Of a DNA stretch of 64,000 nucleotides, positions 59,330 to 64,000 are shown in pieces; the stretch's first letter is position 1, and the number at the start of each line of letters is the position of its first letter. A program made the position numbers and the translations under genes. This stretch comes from an uncultured Gammaproteobacteria bacterium (GTDB lineage Bacteria; Patescibacteriota; Microgenomatia; Levybacterales; GWA1-39-11), in the NCBI GenBank assembly GCA_964448725.1, contig CAYVAJ010000004.1:17535-81534 (forward strand), given 5' to 3'. Below the pieces are notes generated by a model that searched no databases, was not told the origin of the DNA, and saw only the letters and a list, made by a program, of their open reading frames with translations.

Positions 59330-61309
59330 ATGAAATTTAAAGTAGCTTCAAAATTTCAACCAACAGGAGATCAGCCAAAAGCAATCGAACAGCTGACAAA
59401 GGGTATTCTGAAAGGCGAAAAAGAACAAGTTTTACTGGGCGTAACTGGAAGCGGCAAGACATTTAGCATTGCCAATGTAGTCGAGCGTACCCAACGTCCA
59501 ATGCTGGTTATCTCTCATAATAAAACACTTGCGGCTCAACTGTACCAGGAACTTCGAGATTTCTTTCCAGATAATGCAGTATCCTACTTTGTGTCATATT
59601 ATGATTACTATCAGCCAGAAGCATATATTCCAACAACTGATACGTATATTGCAAAAGAGACTCAAATAAACGAGGAAATTGATAAATTACGTCTTGCTTC
59701 AACCACAAATATATTAACCCGTACTGATACCATAGTTGTTGCCTCAGTGTCGAGTATCTACAATCTCGGTTCTCCAACTGAGTATGGAAAGAGAATCCTT
59801 CCTTTGGCAGTTGGCGATGCAGCAGATCGCCGAAATGTGATGGACAGACTCATTGACTTAATGTATGACCGTAATGATTATAATTTTGCCCGAGGAAGCT
59901 TTCGAGTGAGAGGTGAAGTAATAGAAATATTTCCAGCATATGAAGACATTATTAAACGTGTTGTCATTGAAGAGGGAGTAGTACAGAAAATTGAGCACCT
60001 TGATCCAACAACTGGTGAATTTCTCAAATCAGCAGACAGGATGGTATTATACCCGGCAAAACACTATGTAACTGAAAAGAGTACATACGATGAAATATTT
60101 AAACGAATTCGTCATGAGCTTGCACAAAGAATTAAAGAATTAGAGTCACAAGGAAAAATGCTTGAGGCTCATCGTATTCGTCAACGCACCGAGTATGATA
60201 TTAAGATGCTTAAAGAGCTGGGGTATGTGAACGGGATTGAGAATTATTCTCGCTATTTTGACGGACGAAAACCAGGTGAAGCACCGTTCTCTTTACTTGA
60301 GTTCTTTAATAAAGCATATGGAGACGAGTGGATGCTAATGGTTGATGAATCACATATTACATTGCCACAGATTCGTGGTATGTACAATGGTGATAGGTCT
60401 CGCAAAGAAGTACTTATTGACTACGGATTTAGACTGCCATCTGCATTTGATAACCGCCCGTTAACATTTGATGAGTTTAAAGAGCGGGTTCATCAAACAA
60501 TTTATGTATCCGCGACTCCAAACGATTGGGAATTAGAACGTGCCGGAAAAAATAATATTGCAGAACAGCTGATCAGACCAACAGGAATTGTTGATCCTAA
60601 AGTAATCGTAAGACCATCAGAGGGGCAGATTCCTGATTTACTCAATGAAATCACTGAGGCAGTAGCGCGAAAAGAACGTGTACTCGTTACCACACTAACC
60701 AAACGTATGTCAGAGGATTTAACTACCTATTTGGAAGAACAGGGAGTACGAGTTCAGTATCTGCATTCAGAGGTAGACACTTTGCAACGGCAAGATATTC
60801 TTGATGATTTACGATTAGGAACCTATGATGTTGTTGTGGGAATTAACCTGCTTCGTGAAGGACTTGATCTGCCTGAAGTATCTCTTGTTGCGATCTTGGA
60901 TGCTGACAAAGAGGGATTCTTACGCTCACGCTCATCACTGATACAGATTATGGGTAGAGCAGCTCGCCGTGTTGATTCACGAGTAATTTTGTATGCTGAT
61001 AACCACACTGATTCTATGAAAGCTGCAATAGCAGAAGTCGAACGCCGCCGTGAGTATCAACTTGCATACAATAAAGAGCATGGTATTACTCCAAAAACAG
61101 TTGAGAAAGAAGTACGCAAAAAATTAATTGAAAAAGAAGATGTGATCGATGAACTTGCGCCAATGATGGATAAAGAGGTCTTACTTCCAGATCAACGGGA
61201 AAAACTCATTAAACGTCTCCGCACTGAAATGAAAGAAGCTGCCAAGTCCCTAGACTTCGAAACAGCAGCCCTCCTCCGCGACAAAATCCGCTACCTCCAA
61301 CAATCTTAA
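59330..61309 (+). CDS. uvrB: Excinuclease ABC subunit B
   Basis: GVTGSGKT, YYDYYQPEAY, DESH, GINLLREGLD, C-terminal UVR motif. Confidence 0.98.
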   Translation: MKFKVASKFQPTGDQPKAIEQLTKGILKGEKEQVLLGVTGSGKTFSIANVVERTQRPMLVISHNKTLAAQLYQELRDFFPDNAVSYFVSYYDYYQPEAYIPTTDTYIAKETQINEEIDKLRLASTTNILTRTDTIVVASVSSIYNLGSPTEYGKRILPLAVGDAADRRNVMDRLIDLMYDRNDYNFARGSFRVRGEVIEIFPAYEDIIKRVVIEEGVVQKIEHLDPTTGEFLKSADRMVLYPAKHYVTEKSTYDEIFKRIRHELAQRIKELESQGKMLEAHRIRQRTEYDIKMLKELGYVNGIENYSRYFDGRKPGEAPFSLLEFFNKAYGDEWMLMVDESHITLPQIRGMYNGDRSRKEVLIDYGFRLPSAFDNRPLTFDEFKERVHQTIYVSATPNDWELERAGKNNIAEQLIRPTGIVDPKVIVRPSEGQIPDLLNEITEAVARKERVLVTTLTKRMSEDLTTYLEEQGVRVQYLHSEVDTLQRQDILDDLRLGTYDVVVGINLLREGLDLPEVSLVAILDADKEGFLRSRSSLIQIMGRAARRVDSRVILYADNHTDSMKAAIAEVERRREYQLAYNKEHGITPKTVEKEVRKKLIEKEDVIDELAPMMDKEVLLPDQREKLIKRLRTEMKEAAKSLDFETAALLRDKIRYLQQS

Positions 61310-61322
61310 CCTTCATCCTCCA

Positions 61323-62080
61323 GACCAAGGTCCGACCTTGGTCAAGAATCTTCAAGTAGTAGTGGTCCGAGTATTTCTTCAGAGTTTTGATTAAAATCAT
61401 CTACAAATTTTTTATACTCATTCTGTGGAACAGCTTCAGAGTTTCCAGCAAAGTACTGGAGAATATCATCAGGATTTAGCCATGATGCACGCTTTAGTCC
61501 TAAAAAATTTGCATAGCTTGTGTATTTTGTGAAATCGATTTCAGAGTGTATATATGTTGGATTTAAATGAATATACCGAGTTAAATGAAGAAGATATTGA
61601 TCTGAGTCTATAATGCATGCTTTATATTTATTCTGAAACAAAGGTCCGACCCTGTCATATTTTTTATTAAAATACATTACGTATGCGGTCATCAATCGTC
61701 GCATAAGTTTTGTGATTCCGTTTGCTGTGATTTGTTTTACCAATAGGTGTATATGATTTGGCATTAAACAAAATGAAACAAGTACAACTTCTTCAGAAAG
61801 ATTAGATAAAAGAAATCTTAATTTGCGTTTAGGATTAACATTTATGTCTTGAATGAGGTCAAGTTTTGGTTGTAAATAAAGTTTTAAGTAAAAAAGAAAG
61901 ACAGCACAATCAGATTCATCAAGAAAAATAGTTCGCTTTTCAATCCCACGGTTATAAATATGGTAATAAGAATTCTCAAGATATGTTTTTACTACATTCC
62001 GAGCAGGCATATTCTTGTTTCATTATGCTCCTTTTTACCATATAAATGTCAATATTGGACAAGGTCCGACCTTGGTCAAG
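61323..62080 (-). mobile_element. RAYT (IS200-like Y1 transposase) locus flanked by palindromic REP-like repeats
   Basis: Identical CAAGGTCCGACCTTGGTCAAG at 61326-61346 and 62060-62080 around the transposase gene. Confidence 0.85.
61342..62010 (-). CDS. REP-associated tyrosine transposase (HUH Y1)
   Basis: YYHIYNRG, FCLMPNHIHLL (HUH), G.LFQ..Y, RYIHLNP. Confidence 0.92.
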   Translation of the reverse strand: MPARNVVKTYLENSYYHIYNRGIEKRTIFLDESDCAVFLFYLKLYLQPKLDLIQDINVNPKRKLRFLLSNLSEEVVLVSFCLMPNHIHLLVKQITANGITKLMRRLMTAYVMYFNKKYDRVGPLFQNKYKACIIDSDQYLLHLTRYIHLNPTYIHSEIDFTKYTSYANFLGLKRASWLNPDDILQYFAGNSEAVPQNEYKKFVDDFNQNSEEILGPLLLEDS

Positions 62081-62157
62081 TTGGAGTGAGGCGGTGGGTA
62101 GGGAGGTGATGTGCCGGGAAGGGGTTGCCTTCCCGGATTGGTGCTGTTTAATCGTTC

Positions 62158-62652
62158 CTAATTTCCTGAAATTAGGTCTTCAAGCAGTACACTTGACTGT
62201 AGGAGAGATTGTGCAATCTCTCCGTCAAGTTCTTTGTTCAGATCACTCAGGAGAGTGATAAACATTCGGTGTTCTTGATCCGGTATTGTCAATGTCCATT
62301 TATGATCATCTCCTCTTCTATGTGAGTAACACAACTCATACTCACCCACTTTTTGAGTGGTATAGTGCCAATAAGCACTGATTGTGATCTCTGGATAACG
62401 AATAGTTGATCCAAGAATACGAAGCTGTTCTTCAGCTCCAGCAAATGGGAAGACCCAGGTGTAATCGTGCATATGCTCTTGCCAATGATTTCCGGGAAAT
62501 CGTACGATATCCTCGTTGATCATCCGGAACTTTCTATATGCATCCCAAGCCCTCAGTGATGTGAGCATAGCTATTTCTTCTGGTGTCAAGACAATAGGCA
62601 GCTTTAGACACGCAGAGATCGCTTCCATGCGCACAATGATGGGATTTGGCAT
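62158..62652 (-). CDS. Hypothetical protein
   Basis: RBS GGAGGTG; downstream hairpin CCGGGAAGG/CCTTCCCGG. Confidence 0.7.
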   Translation of the reverse strand: MPNPIIVRMEAISACLKLPIVLTPEEIAMLTSLRAWDAYRKFRMINEDIVRFPGNHWQEHMHDYTWVFPFAGAEEQLRILGSTIRYPEITISAYWHYTTQKVGEYELCYSHRRGDDHKWTLTIPDQEHRMFITLLSDLNKELDGEIAQSLLQSSVLLEDLISGN

Positions 62653-62891
62653 AATCCACCTCCTGAAATATTAACGAACAAGATGGAGTGAATATATCAA
62701 ATACCATAGTATTATGCAATTATTATCAGTCACTATATATCACTGCTTGTTTTTCGCTTGTGAATTGGTCTATAATGGACTGTTTAACTTTTCTCATGCT
62801 GATAAATTGCTAGACGGTTGAATTGTTTTATTGATGGAGAGTAAATGAAAAACAATATAACCATAAAACAATTGAGCAATGGGCCTAAAAC

Positions 62892-64000
62892 ATGATAGAT
62901 ACTATTGTAATCAAGGGTGCACGTGAGCATAACCTCAAAGATATTGACTTGGAAATTCCTAAGTATAAGCTGGTAGTTTTTACCGGATTGTCTGGGAGTG
63001 GCAAGAGCTCGCTTGCTTTTGACACGATTTATGCTGAGGGACAACGCAGGTATGTAGAATCACTATCATCATATGCCCGTCAATTTTTAGGAGTTATGAA
63101 AAAGCCTGATGTCGACTTGATCGAAGGATTATCTCCAGCTATATCCATAGATCAGAAAAGCACATCACATAATCCTCGCTCAACAGTTGGTACTGTAACT
63201 GAAATTTATGATTATCTACGGCTCTTATACGCACGTGTCGGACATCCACACTGTCCTAACTGCGGACGAGAAATTTCACGAATTACCAAAGAACAAGTCG
63301 TAGAAGAAATTGTCACAAAATTCATTGGAATCACACCCACTCGCATTATGATTTTAGCGCCAATTGTCAAAGGACGGCGTGGAGAGTACACAGATCTTTT
63401 CCGTGATCTCAAAAAAAGAGGATACCAACGTGTCAGAATCGATGGACGTGTTTATTCACTTGATGAGGACTTAGTACTCATTAAGACCAATAAACATACA
63501 ATCGATGCTATTGTTGATCGAGTTACTCTCTCAAAAGATTATGATCGACAGCGGTTAGTTGAATCAGTCGAACAAGGACTCGCACTGGGAAATGGCGAGG
63601 TCATTATCACGAAGGTGACTGATGAGTCATTTAGTTTTCCGGAAAAACCGACTGAGATGGAAGACACATTGTATTCACAAAAATTTGCGTGTCCTGCGTG
63701 TGGCATCGCATTTGAAGAAATAGAACCCCGTTTGTTTTCATTTAATTCACCGTATGGTGCTTGTCCCCGCTGTAACGGGCTTGGTACTCGCCATGATGTT
63801 GATGAAACTCTCATCCTCAATCCTGAGCTAACTATCGCTGAAGGAGGAATTTTGGCTCTTGCGAATATTTATGACAAAGAGACCTGGTTTGGTCGTACTG
63901 TCCGTACCGCATTGGAAGAGAATAATGTACCGATGGATTTACTTATCAAGCATTTAACTGACGAACAGCGAAATATTTTGTTATATGGAACAGGAGACAG
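62892..64000 (+). CDS. uvrA: Excinuclease ABC subunit A (runs off window end)
   Basis: Manual translation: [20 protein letters not shown]...[29 protein letters not shown]. Confidence 0.97.
   Translation, partial: MIDTIVIKGAREHNLKDIDLEIPKYKLVVFTGLSGSGKSSLAFDTIYAEGQRRYVESLSSYARQFLGVMKKPDVDLIEGLSPAISIDQKSTSHNPRSTVGTVTEIYDYLRLLYARVGHPHCPNCGREISRITKEQVVEEIVTKFIGITPTRIMILAPIVKGRRGEYTDLFRDLKKRGYQRVRIDGRVYSLDEDLVLIKTNKHTIDAIVDRVTLSKDYDRQRLVESVEQGLALGNGEVIITKVTDESFSFPEKPTEMEDTLYSQKFACPACGIAFEEIEPRLFSFNSPYGACPRCNGLGTRHDVDETLILNPELTIAEGGILALANIYDKETWFGRTVRTALEENNVPMDLLIKHLTDEQRNILLYGTGD

Noticed and set aside
61638-61656. Third REP-like copy inside the RAYT gene (AAGGTCCGACCCTG)
   Set aside because: Imperfect and coincides with the conserved R.G.LFQ coding motif; may be chance.
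62784-63820. Minus-strand ORFs at the window end
   Set aside because: Antisense shadows of uvrA.

Overview
AT-rich bacterial chromosome segment that looks like Patescibacteria/CPR, probably Microgenomates (inference from the reduced rplS and holA, bifunctional PGI/PMI, GatD/MurT and a giant cohesin/dockerin surface locus). Housekeeping blocks: 5' part of dnaE, gatCAB, gatD-murT, htpX-lemA, polX, pyrG, rplS, greA, a sugar-phosphate cluster (holA-PMM-cupin-PGI/PMI-ppsA-eno), rsmI, lexA-uvrB and the 5' part of uvrA. Accessory regions: a 3206-aa carbohydrate-binding surface protein with a dockerin facing a cohesin gene, and a 34-46 kb stretch of small orphan genes ending in a repeat-flanked SRAP/Y-family polymerase cassette next to tRNA-Lys. 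Most striking observations: (1) a complete tRNA-Gly(CCC) nested in the anticodon loop of a second tRNA-Gly gene, within an insert whose ends match a palindromic element beside a GIY-YIG nuclease; (2) the palindromic repeat flanking a RAYT-type transposase also sits in frame inside gatA and murT; (3) two copies of an unannotated structured element of about 130 nt directly behind unrelated orphan genes; (4) a 4xCBS-HPF fusion resembling an archaeal-type ribosome hibernation factor; (5) TTC(G) direct repeats with an 11-bp period upstream of lexA/uvrB and of the polymerase cassette; (6) widespread leaderless-type promoters. All protein calls come from motif recognition by eye; no database search was run.
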